Part shown: piece after piece, positions 55,494 to 64,000 of the stretch
Layout of the letters: each line of letters opens with the position of its first letter
Numbering within the stretch: position 1 is the stretch's first letter
Made by a program: the position numbers and the translations under genes
Notes under the pieces: generated by a model
What the model was told of the DNA's origin: nothing
Databases searched by the model: none
The model's input: the letters and a program-made list of their open reading frames with translations, nothing else
Source of the DNA: Candidatus Aenigmatarchaeota archaeon
GTDB lineage: Archaea; Aenigmatarchaeota; Aenigmatarchaeia; CG10238-14; SCSR01
Length of the DNA: 64,000 nucleotides
Assembly (NCBI GenBank): GCA_030615205.1
Contig: JAUWZS010000001.1
Coordinates: forward strand, 76,993 to 140,992
Reading direction: 5' to 3'

Positions 55494-56342
55494 ATGTGGA
55501 GAGCTGCTTTGTCAAAGACTGTTAAAAAAATCAAGTCTGTTGAAATCCAAGGAGCAAAGGAGATTGCTGTTTATTCGCTAAAGTTCTTGCGAAGGTTCTG
55601 CAAAAAGAAAGGATTTGGAAAAGACTTCAGACGCGTTGCAAGCAAGCTGGAAAATGCAAGACCAACTGCTGTGGTTTTACACAACTGTTTAGAGATTATA
55701 CGTGAGGAGAAAAGTTTGGAAACTATTGATGAACTTTTGAAGAAATTGGAAAATGTTAACAAAAAAATCGCTGTGAACGGGTTAAAGCTGTTCAAAAGGA
55801 AAAAATATATGATTCTCACGCATTGCCATTCTGATGAAGCACTTGCTGTAATCAAGAAATTAAAAAGAAAGGGTAAGAAAATATCTGTTATTGCCACAAA
55901 AACAGAGCCACTCAAGCAAGGAGTAAGAACAGTAAAAGAACTTACACACGCACGCATACCTGTCACATTGATAATAGATTCTGCTGTTGGACATTTCATG
56001 CCAGATGTTGATGCAGTCATTGTCGGAACAGATGCAATAAGAAAAAAAGGTGTTGTAAACAAAATAGGCACTAGACTTTATGCGACTGCTGCAAAAGAAT
56101 ACAATAAACCATTCTATGTTGTTGGTAATACACTAAAATTGGACAAAAGGAGAAAATTCGAGATTGAAGAGCGGCCAGCTAAAGAAGTTTATATGGAACT
56201 GAAGAGCGGGAAACTCAAAAGAGTAAAAATAAGAAACCCTGCATTTGACATAACGCCTTGGAAATTCGTTTCAAAAGTAATAACCGAACGAGGGGTTTAT
56301 ACACCATCACAAATAAAGAAGATGTTAAGGCGGAGCAAATGA
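55494..56342 (+). CDS. e2b2: Ribose-1,5-bisphosphate isomerase (eIF-2B alpha/beta/delta-like family)
   Basis: 282 aa with e2b2-family composition ('ILTHCHSDEALAVI', 'VIVGTDAIRKKGVVNKIGT'). Stop overlaps the rbcL start (ATGA). Confidence 0.8.
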   Translation: MWRAALSKTVKKIKSVEIQGAKEIAVYSLKFLRRFCKKKGFGKDFRRVASKLENARPTAVVLHNCLEIIREEKSLETIDELLKKLENVNKKIAVNGLKLFKRKKYMILTHCHSDEALAVIKKLKRKGKKISVIATKTEPLKQGVRTVKELTHARIPVTLIIDSAVGHFMPDVDAVIVGTDAIRKKGVVNKIGTRLYATAAKEYNKPFYVVGNTLKLDKRRKFEIEERPAKEVYMELKSGKLKRVKIRNPAFDITPWKFVSKVITERGVYTPSQIKKMLRRSK

Positions 56343-57571
56343 AATATGAAGATTTTGTAAACAAAAGTTACAAACCAAAGAGGAGCGATGTGATATGCAG
56401 TTTTTATCTTGAGCCGAATAGAGTTAGTACGAAATATGCTGCTGGTGGTGTGGCAGCAGAAAGCTCGATTGGAACTTGGACAGAATTAAAAACTATGCAT
56501 AAATATATTGAAAAGATAGCCGCAACTGTTTTTGAGATTAAAGGCGACAAAAGACAAGCAACTATCAAAATAGCTTATCCGATCAGATTGTTCGATCTTG
56601 GAAATATGCCAAACATTTTGAGCAGCATCGCCGGCAATGTTTTCGGCCTAAAGGAATTAAAGAATCTGCGGCTGAGCGATATTACACTGCCGAAAAAACT
56701 TGTGAAAAGTTTCAAAGGTCCAAGATATGGCATAAGCGGAATAAGAAGAATTTTAGATATTGAAAACAGACCGATTATCGGCACAATCATAAAACCTAAA
56801 CTTGGTTTGCGAACTGCCCATCATGCAAAAACCGCTTATAATGCATGGGTCGGCGGATGTGATATTGTAAAAGATGATGAAAATCTGGCTAATCAAAGTT
56901 TTAACAGATTCTCTAAAAGAGTTAATGCTACATTAAAGATGCGTGACCTCGCTGAACGAAAGACCAGAGAGCGGAAAGCATACCTCCCGAACATAACTGC
57001 AGAAACTGATGACATGATAAGATGGGCGAAATATGTGAAAGAACATGGCGGAAGGTATGCAATGGTTGATGTACTTACTGTTGGTTGGTCTGCTTTGCAA
57101 ACTCTGCGCGAGCACTCGTTTGGCCTGATTTTACATGCCCATCGTGCAATGCATGCTGCAATAACAAAGAATCCCAGGCACGGCATCTCAATGAAGGTTT
57201 TTGCAAAACTGTTGCGAATTGTGGGCGTGGATCAATTGCATGTGGGAACGGCTGTAGGAAAGATGAACGAAAGCAGAGAAGAAGTTTTAGAAAATATTCA
57301 CGCGTTAACGGACAAAATGTATGATATTAAAAAAGTTATGCCCGTTGCTTCTGGTGGGTTGCATCCATTAATTATTCCGGCAGTAACAAAAATTTTCGGA
57401 AAGGATGTAATAATTCAAATGGGTGGTGGAGTTCATGGCCATCCGGGTGGTACGCGTGCAGGTGCTATGGCAGTCCGTCAGGCATTACACGCGATTGAAA
57501 ATAAAGTATCGTTAAAAAAATATGCGGTAAATCACAAAGAACTGAAAGCAGCAATAAAAAAATGGGGCTAG
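56339..57571 (+). CDS. rbcL: Ribulose-1,5-bisphosphate carboxylase/oxygenase large subunit, type III
   Basis: 410 aa from the ATG at 56339. 'IIGTIIKPKLGLR', 'GGCDIVKDDENLANQ' and 'GGGVHGHPGG' RuBisCO motifs. No small subunit. Confidence 0.9.
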   Translation: MKYEDFVNKSYKPKRSDVICSFYLEPNRVSTKYAAGGVAAESSIGTWTELKTMHKYIEKIAATVFEIKGDKRQATIKIAYPIRLFDLGNMPNILSSIAGNVFGLKELKNLRLSDITLPKKLVKSFKGPRYGISGIRRILDIENRPIIGTIIKPKLGLRTAHHAKTAYNAWVGGCDIVKDDENLANQSFNRFSKRVNATLKMRDLAERKTRERKAYLPNITAETDDMIRWAKYVKEHGGRYAMVDVLTVGWSALQTLREHSFGLILHAHRAMHAAITKNPRHGISMKVFAKLLRIVGVDQLHVGTAVGKMNESREEVLENIHALTDKMYDIKKVMPVASGGLHPLIIPAVTKIFGKDVIIQMGGGVHGHPGGTRAGAMAVRQALHAIENKVSLKKYAVNHKELKAAIKKWG

Positions 57572-57575
57572 ATGT

Positions 57576-59117
57576 ATGAAACTAAGAGTAAAAATTCTTG
57601 GAATAAATGCAGGGGACAAACCTATAGCTGTGCTGCACGAAGATGATGCAGAGGATTTAGGAATTCGCAGTCTTGGCCGGGTCCTGATCAGATATGGAAA
57701 AAAAACATCAGTTGCTATTCTCAACACAACAAAAAAAGTTGTCGGCCGTGGAGAGGTTGGAATCTTTGATGAAATAGTTGAAGATATGGAGCTGAAAGAA
57801 GGTGCACGTGTGGATGTAATTGTATCTGAATTCCCGAACTCCATCAGCCATATAAAGGCGAAGTTGCAAGGAAGGAGATTGACTTATGATGAGATATTGG
57901 AAATTGTGAGGGATACTGTTGATGATAAATTGAACGAGATTGAATTGACCTCATTTGTAACAGCCCTCAATAATTTCGGATTGGACTTGGAAGAATCTGT
58001 AAGCATGACAAAGGCCATGGTCGAAACTGGGAAGAAACTTGAACTGAACAATGCATACATCGTTGACAAACATTCAATCGGTGGTGTCCCGGGCGACAAA
58101 ACTTCTTTGCTCTTAGTACCGATAATCGCTGCATGTGGACTCACAATGCCGAAAACAGCCTCTAGAGCAATAACGTCTGCTGCAGGAACAGCTGATAGAG
58201 CAGAGGTGTTTATGCCAGTTGATTTAAACATAGAGAAAATGAAGACTGTTGTGAAAAGAGCGGGTGGCTGTATTGTGTGGGGTGGAGCGTTGGACTTGGC
58301 GCCTGCAGATGATATTTTCATCCGTATAGAATACCCAATTTCCATCGACCCTCTTATGATACCTTCAATAATGAGCAAAAAGAAAGCAGTAGGTGCAGAA
58401 TATCTTGTGATAGACATACCGTGCGGTCGTGGGACAAAAGTGAAAACAATTGGTGATGCGAACCTGTTGGCAAAAGACTTTATTGAAATGGGTAAGCGAT
58501 TAGGCATAAAAACTGAATGCGCAGTAACATACGGTGAACAACCTATAGGGTACACAATCGGACCAGCACTTGAAGCGAGGGAAGCATTAGAAGTTATTAT
58601 GAGAAAGCGTAATGTTCCTGACTTGATTGACAAAACAAAGCACATTGCAAGGATGCTTTTGGAGATTGTGGGGAAAGATGGAGAAAAGCTTGTTGCTGAA
58701 GCTTTGAAATCTGGCCGAGCTGAAGAAAAATTAAGGCAGATTATATTCGAGCAAGGTGGGGACGCAGAAGTACAACCAGAGGACATAGAAATTGGAAAAT
58801 ATGGTATAGATATACATGCAGACCGGAAAGGGTACGTGCTTTGGATGAACAACCATCGATTAGCAGCAATTGCACGTGCAGCCGGCGCTCCAAAAGATAA
58901 GGAAGCGGGCATACTGCTTTATAAAAAGATTGGCGACCGTGCAGAGAAAGATGAAAAACTTTTCACAATTTATGCAGATAAGCCTAGGAAATTAAAGCGT
59001 GCTCAATCAGTGCTCGCAGAGGAAAAAGCTGTAGGAGTCGGCGAGCGCAGAGAAATGTTAATACACGAAGTAAAAGAGTATCCTGTGCACAAAAAATCAT
59101 TCATACTGGAAAGATAA
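57576..59117 (+). CDS. deoA: AMP phosphorylase (thymidine phosphorylase family)
   Basis: 513 aa. N-terminal AMP-phosphorylase-specific domain followed by a pyrimidine-nucleoside-phosphorylase fold ('DKHSIGGVPGDKTSL'). Confidence 0.85.
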   Translation: MKLRVKILGINAGDKPIAVLHEDDAEDLGIRSLGRVLIRYGKKTSVAILNTTKKVVGRGEVGIFDEIVEDMELKEGARVDVIVSEFPNSISHIKAKLQGRRLTYDEILEIVRDTVDDKLNEIELTSFVTALNNFGLDLEESVSMTKAMVETGKKLELNNAYIVDKHSIGGVPGDKTSLLLVPIIAACGLTMPKTASRAITSAAGTADRAEVFMPVDLNIEKMKTVVKRAGGCIVWGGALDLAPADDIFIRIEYPISIDPLMIPSIMSKKKAVGAEYLVIDIPCGRGTKVKTIGDANLLAKDFIEMGKRLGIKTECAVTYGEQPIGYTIGPALEAREALEVIMRKRNVPDLIDKTKHIARMLLEIVGKDGEKLVAEALKSGRAEEKLRQIIFEQGGDAEVQPEDIEIGKYGIDIHADRKGYVLWMNNHRLAAIARAAGAPKDKEAGILLYKKIGDRAEKDEKLFTIYADKPRKLKRAQSVLAEEKAVGVGERREMLIHEVKEYPVHKKSFILER

Positions 59118-59192
59118 ATAAGCTAAAGAAAATAAGAAAAAGAAAGAAAAGGCAAAGTCTGTTTTGTAAGTTATTTTGTTATTCTGTTCGGT

Positions 59193-59528
59193 TTATTTTC
59201 CAAGGGTTATGTTTATAGTGGAAACGTTTATCTTTGTTTTATCCTCAAGTTCGCGCGCTTCTGTGCCAATGTCTATGCTTCTTATCTGCACGCCACTAAG
59301 GAACTTCCTTCGGACAATCTCTGCAACGTCCACAGCCCGTGATATGGCTTTGCCCCGTGCTCTTATATGCACTTCTTGGTTGCCTTCGTTGAACTGGGTT
59401 ATAACTCCGAGAACATACGCCATGCTCGGCTTTCGTCCAACGAATACGACATTTTCGTCGGCCCTTACTTCAATTTTCTTTTCTGGTTGTGGAGTTCCTT
59501 CTTGAACACCTTGAACTTCTTCTGGCAT
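59193..59528 (-). CDS. albA: Chromatin/RNA-binding protein Alba
   Basis: '[51 protein letters not shown]' matches Alba. Confidence 0.85.
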   Translation of the reverse strand: MPEEVQGVQEGTPQPEKKIEVRADENVVFVGRKPSMAYVLGVITQFNEGNQEVHIRARGKAISRAVDVAEIVRRKFLSGVQIRSIDIGTEARELEDKTKINVSTINITLGK

Positions 59529-59766
59529 TTTTGCACCTCCGTTTTAAAGCTTTTTTTTCAAGTTAAGTTTTTTTCGAAATCTTGTTTTAGCCTGTTTGCA
59601 ATCAAGTTTTCAATCGATTAACTTGTCTAATATTAGACTGCAAAAGCATTTAATTGTTTTATTTGAATCGTTGCTTTTAAATCCTTTTCTCCACAGGCTT
59701 TCTGAGAGCTTTTGAACGATTGGATAAACTTTAGTTTTCTTAAATACAATTAAGATTTAGATAAAT

Positions 59767-61485
59767 ATGGCAGAGCGAGCAGAATTTACATGCGCAAGAT
59801 GTCATAATCGTTTTAATATTAGGGATCGTCGTTATTGGAAGGGCAATTATATTTGTAAAAAATGTTTTGAAGAATTTAGAAAGAAGGCTGCTGAAGAAAG
59901 GACTGAGAAAATATATGGAGGTAAGAAAAAGGAAGCTGGTGAAAAAGCTGCTGAGAAAGCTAAAGGCGGTTGGGGTAGAATAAAACAAAAACTCGTTTTT
60001 GAACAACCTACCAAAGTAAGTGGACGGACTTTTAAAATAATTGCAGCTATTGCGATTACAGCTATAGTATTATTTGCTAATCCTATGCTCCCGCCTCTAA
60101 AGGATTACTTATTGGAACTGACTGCAATATTCGCGCCTAACGTAGCCGATATTTGGGAGACGGCTGTCTTACTAGTATCTTTATTACTCATAACTTTTGT
60201 CGCATTTCTTGTTTGGTACTATAACTCTTCTATTCCAGGTATAGCTGTTTGGGGGACTATACTCGCTATTACACTTATTTTTCCCTTTGTCTCACAGTAT
60301 TTAGAATTGGGTTATGCGAGTGGCCCTCTCAGCACCCTCGTATGCTATAAAGACTATCTGCTAACAGGAGATGCAGAAGCAATGGCTGCTTGCCAAATAG
60401 AATCAACCGGTGGGTTCGATGATCCAGATGCTACAAAAGTTGGCGACTATGATGTATTGAGCGTGAGTCTTAGTACAGAACATACAGGGAATATTATAAC
60501 AAAAACAGAAGTCGATGGTAAGCTAAAGCTACTTTTAAATATTTATTTTATAGAACTGGTTGTCGAGAATCCAAGCGATGAAATAACTATAAAGAATTTT
60601 AAAATTATAGATGATAATAAGGAAGTTTTAGGGAACAAAGACACAGCTCTCGTGCGCAGTGGAGCTGTAAAAAGCTCGGAGAAAATAAAATTAGCTAATC
60701 TCGAAACATTGGGTCGTGAGTGCATGGATGAAGCAGCGGAAGGATTCGAGGAATATTGTGATATAGAACCAGGAGGGATATTGAGGTTGACATTGAAAGC
60801 CATTCCTATTGAATGCAATGACCTTGAATACAAAGTTGACTGTGAACTGCGGGATATATGTAAATGGGTAGAGGATGAAGATGGAGATGAAAAATGCGCT
60901 TCAGAAGATGATAGAAAAACAAAAGAAGTGGAAGCAAGAGTTAAGTTTTCATACGATTATGCTGGTGAAGGGAAATTCGATTTTGTTGTTGCAAATTCCT
61001 ATGAGACATTATGGGCATTGATATCAGGCAGGGCTCCGAAAACAAAATCAGATGGACCGGTAGATATTAAAGTATCGTTCGGGCCAACAGCCTATCTACT
61101 TAGAGAGGCTATAATCGAGCCAGAGGTCATTCTCATAATTGAATTATCAAAAGAAAAAGTAGGCGAGGCCAGTATAGAAGAAAAGATAAAAATAACGCGT
61201 TTAAGCGATGGTGTTCTTAGTCCTCCTTTAAGCGAGGGTTGCGTTGCCCCTTGGGGGGGTATTGGATTATCAAGTATCTCTGATCGTACTGAAGAATTGA
61301 ATTTAGACGGTCCAAAAAAGTTGAAAAGAACCCATACGTATATTTGTACCTATACAATCAATAAAGCCAGTGTCGGAGATGATGGTGAAAGAATACCTTT
61401 CATAGTCCGTGCAAATTACAGCTACGCAAAAACCGTTACAAAAAGAAATATCCTAGTAAAAGAAGAGGAGTATTCACGAATATAA
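59767..61485 (+). CDS. Membrane protein with N-terminal cytoplasmic zinc ribbon and large extracytoplasmic domain
   Basis: 572 aa. 'CARCHNRFN...CKKCFEEF' is CxxC...CxxC. Followed by about 4 TM helices and an about 350-aa Cys-containing ectodomain. Confidence 0.5.
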   Translation: MAERAEFTCARCHNRFNIRDRRYWKGNYICKKCFEEFRKKAAEERTEKIYGGKKKEAGEKAAEKAKGGWGRIKQKLVFEQPTKVSGRTFKIIAAIAITAIVLFANPMLPPLKDYLLELTAIFAPNVADIWETAVLLVSLLLITFVAFLVWYYNSSIPGIAVWGTILAITLIFPFVSQYLELGYASGPLSTLVCYKDYLLTGDAEAMAACQIESTGGFDDPDATKVGDYDVLSVSLSTEHTGNIITKTEVDGKLKLLLNIYFIELVVENPSDEITIKNFKIIDDNKEVLGNKDTALVRSGAVKSSEKIKLANLETLGRECMDEAAEGFEEYCDIEPGGILRLTLKAIPIECNDLEYKVDCELRDICKWVEDEDGDEKCASEDDRKTKEVEARVKFSYDYAGEGKFDFVVANSYETLWALISGRAPKTKSDGPVDIKVSFGPTAYLLREAIIEPEVILIIELSKEKVGEASIEEKIKITRLSDGVLSPPLSEGCVAPWGGIGLSSISDRTEELNLDGPKKLKRTHTYICTYTINKASVGDDGERIPFIVRANYSYAKTVTKRNILVKEEEYSRI

Positions 61486-61499
61486 TATCTTGTGAACTC

Positions 61500-62864
61500 C
61501 TATGGACTAGGTATTGGTAGGTTTGTTTGAATTTTACACCCTGCTGCTTTGTCTAGCTCGTTTGTTGTTATGGCTGGGCAACACAGGCTGTTTTCGTCTT
61601 CTACATATTCAGATGTTTCTATGGGATCCTGGCCGCCACATTCTGCCACATTTCCAGATGCAATACGGAAAGAAGCAGTGATAGTAGTCCATGATGAATC
61701 TATAGGATAGCTGTTTTTAACATCCTTTACTTGACCAACAGCACTTGCAGTACCGAAATAATCGTAATCACATCTAACATCTATGTAAGATGACGGCCAA
61801 TCGCAATCTTCAACCCATCTTTCGTCTCCAAATTCTATCTTTTGGCCTGAGAAACGAGCATCGTGTCCAACCTTTATACAATCGTCTATCGAGGCAGATG
61901 CTTCAAACGTTCCGTCGTTGTTCAGCACAGGATTTTCAAATTCCTCGCGCACTTTACAATTGTATTTTTCATCAGCAGTTATAGTATTGTCATTATCAAA
62001 GTCACAAGGATCATTCCTGCTTGATTCAGAGCAATGTATTGACAATTGCTCTTCGCAGAATAGAATATGGCTCTCTTCAGATAATCCAACATCACTTTCG
62101 CAGAAATCTCTAAGATATATGTTCTTACAACCTTCATCTGCCATTTTATTATCTGCACTGTTGAAGTCCGACTTTATCTTATCATTATCTATAAACGTAT
62201 CCTTAGCGAATTCGAACAGTTCAAATGTTGATGCATCGAACCCGTCATTAAAACCTACAGTATGCTCTACTATCTCAAGATTATCACTTTTGTATTCTAT
62301 AACACCGCCTTCGATGTTCGTAATATAAACATGAACTTTGTATTCTCCTTTATCTTCTGTTATTACATTTCCAGGAGGTTGTGGGCAATAGTCTGGACCA
62401 AAAAATAGGCTCGCGTAATCATCATAAATAGAAGCTATTCGGTTGGATAGATATGTTTCGAAAGTCGATGAATCGATTTCATATGTATTATCGTAAACTC
62501 TCCACCAAGGATCGCATTCGCGTGTTGGTATGCTGTATGGTATTTTGCATTGTTGCGCGCAAGAGTTGTCATCAGAAGCGCAATATCCGCCTTTTTCTAG
62601 AACATCGTAAGATGCTTTATAGAAGCTGTATGGAACTGCCTGCTGCAACGCTTTCTTTGCAAATTCTATTGCATCAACAGCGTTTATTACAGCAAGCTCC
62701 CTAGTTGTCCTTTTCACTATCTCTATGTCTGCTACAAAATTAGCAACAATTATTCCCTCGATAATAAGAACCGCAGTGATCAGAACTGCGGCTATCGCAA
62801 CAACAGCTACGCCTTTTCGGCCCATTTTCATCCCCATCACGCCTTTTTTTATTCCAGTTCTCAT
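61500..62864 (-). CDS. Pilin-like (class III signal peptide) large extracellular protein
   Basis: 454 aa. N-terminal 'MGRKGVAVVAIAAVLITAVLII' is a basic residue-Gly followed by a hydrophobic stretch, as in archaeal prepilins. Large Cys/Asp/Asn-rich ectodomain. Confidence 0.45.
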   Translation of the reverse strand: MRTGIKKGVMGMKMGRKGVAVVAIAAVLITAVLIIEGIIVANFVADIEIVKRTTRELAVINAVDAIEFAKKALQQAVPYSFYKASYDVLEKGGYCASDDNSCAQQCKIPYSIPTRECDPWWRVYDNTYEIDSSTFETYLSNRIASIYDDYASLFFGPDYCPQPPGNVITEDKGEYKVHVYITNIEGGVIEYKSDNLEIVEHTVGFNDGFDASTFELFEFAKDTFIDNDKIKSDFNSADNKMADEGCKNIYLRDFCESDVGLSEESHILFCEEQLSIHCSESSRNDPCDFDNDNTITADEKYNCKVREEFENPVLNNDGTFEASASIDDCIKVGHDARFSGQKIEFGDERWVEDCDWPSSYIDVRCDYDYFGTASAVGQVKDVKNSYPIDSSWTTITASFRIASGNVAECGGQDPIETSEYVEDENSLCCPAITTNELDKAAGCKIQTNLPIPSP

Positions 62865-63331
62865 TTTATCTCCAATGTTATTTTTTCTTTATTTTTTCCA
62901 TAAGGCAAAAGTATATCCACGTTTGCACTGAACTCAGTATCGCAATCTTCTGGAGGTATGATTACTCCGCCAGCATAAGAAAGCTTATAACATCTAGTGC
63001 CTGTTTCACTTGGAACCAATTTGTCTAATATCAATGCGACCTCAGATTTCACATTATCCCGATTGAATCCCTCAATTGCGTTGTCTCCAAAATCTGCGAC
63101 ATAAAGACTGAGCTTTTCATAAATATCAGTGTCTGAAAGCAGTGCAAGCAAAGTTAAATCGGCAGTGCTATACCCATATTGAATCTCGACAACGCGAACA
63201 AGGTGGATCTTCAGAAAAATAAGCGGAATAAGTATTGTTAATACAATCGTAACCAAAACAATTGCGATGATTATTGCAATTGCTATTCCAATACCTCCCT
63301 TCTCATCAATCGTTAGTCTTCGATTTTTCAT
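62861..63331 (-). CDS. Small pilin-like protein (class III signal peptide)
   Basis: 156 aa. 'IDEKGGIGIAIAIIIAIVLVTIVLTILI' at the N-terminus. Overlaps the upstream gene by 4 nt. Confidence 0.45.
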   Translation of the reverse strand: MKNRRLTIDEKGGIGIAIAIIIAIVLVTIVLTILIPLIFLKIHLVRVVEIQYGYSTADLTLLALLSDTDIYEKLSLYVADFGDNAIEGFNRDNVKSEVALILDKLVPSETGTRCYKLSYAGGVIIPPEDCDTEFSANVDILLPYGKNKEKITLEIK

Positions 63332-63380
63332 TTAACCAGCTTCACTCCATTTAATCCACGATTTTTCGTTTGACTCATAA

Positions 63381-64000
63381 TTATAATTCCATTAAGCGTA
63401 TGAGAAGTCGGCCGACATGCAGCTCTTCACCGACTTTAATTAAAACTGGGAATTCTTTTTCAAAGACGCCTATTTTTGTTTCGTACGTATCAAAGCATGC
63501 TTTTGCTTGCCAGTAGTCCCACAGAAGAAATACGTTAAACGGGTTTGGTAATATCCCAAAGAAACTTTTATCTATGTTATTATACAAGCAGTCTAAAAGC
63601 TCTTTGCGACCTTGGAGATTATCATCACCGAATGAAAGGATCCATTTAGTACCTGAATCAATATCATAGACAACTATGTCAGTAGATGTATTTGGGTAGC
63701 TAACTTCTCTTTGTATTTCGCTGTCCTTTGTGGTAGATTCGTGAGTATCAAAATAAGCCTCATTTATTAATTGTTCATCAAGCTTGTTTTTGTCGAACAC
63801 AGCACGGTGGAATCTTTTTGTAGTTGTCATAGATGTAGACACACAACAACACGTTGCTGGATACACCGTACAATCTAATCGATCTTCGTAACATTCATAA
63901 CCATCTATACAATCGCTAGGACGATCACAAATCCCACCAGCGTCTTCACAATCTTCATATTTTCTAACAATATCTTCTTCGTAAACCAGCTTATCCGAGC
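63381..64000 (-). CDS. Cys-rich secreted protein, 5'-truncated by the window edge
   Basis: The reading frame stays open through to position 64000 upstream of the listed start (which is a GTG). Contains 'CEDAGGICDRPSDCIDGYECYEDRLDCTVYPATCCC', similar to the Cys module of 4839-6236. Confidence 0.45.
   Translation of the reverse strand, partial: SDKLVYEEDIVRKYEDCEDAGGICDRPSDCIDGYECYEDRLDCTVYPATCCCVSTSMTTTKRFHRAVFDKNKLDEQLINEAYFDTHESTTKDSEIQREVSYPNTSTDIVVYDIDSGTKWILSFGDDNLQGRKELLDCLYNNIDKSFFGILPNPFNVFLLWDYWQAKACFDTYETKIGVFEKEFPVLIKVGEELHVGRLLIRLMEL

Noticed and set aside
1-64000. Search for CRISPR arrays, integrases/transposases, restriction-modification or other defence islands
   Set aside because: No array of regularly spaced repeats, no recombinase-like ORF and no recognisable defence-gene signatures were seen. 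The tRNA-rich region lacks an adjacent integrase.

Overview
AT-rich archaeal chromosomal segment; the gene set and intron-rich tRNAs suggest a DPANN-like or other small-genome archaeon. Most of it is housekeeping. Recognisable genes, in order:
- CDC48/VCP AAA ATPase, archaeal SAM synthetase, rhomboid protease.
- A pyrimidine cluster: pyrF, pyrE and a fused pyrK-pyrD dihydroorotate dehydrogenase.
- Indolepyruvate:ferredoxin oxidoreductase IorAB, Pth2, two glycosyltransferase family 2 enzymes and a large S-layer-like protein.
- AmmeMemoRadiSam radical SAM and AMMECR1, AMP-forming acyl-CoA synthetase, an aminotransferase, and an S16 (Lon-like) plus M50 protease pair.
- tRNA-splicing endonuclease EndA, topoisomerase VI A/B, aIF-1A, Taw1, PIMT and Alba.
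- The archaeal AMP-salvage operon: ribose-1,5-bisphosphate isomerase, type III RuBisCO and AMP phosphorylase.
I count eight tRNA genes. At least six carry introns, several at non-canonical positions (D-loop, after nucleotide 31), and the Gln and Leu introns share a conserved about 26-nt element. A candidate SRP (7S) RNA lies at about 34764-35041. The accessory-looking parts are three cell-surface gene clusters: 4.8-6.2 kb, 38.7-42.9 kb, and 59.8-64 kb, the last with class-III-signal (pilin-like) proteins and a shared Cys-rich module. Other items of note are several small unannotated zinc-ribbon or basic ORFs, promoter-proximal tandem repeats, and a PP-loop ATPase of unknown function. No CRISPR array, integrase or obvious defence island was seen. 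All calls are from reading the sequence and ORF translations; no database search was run.
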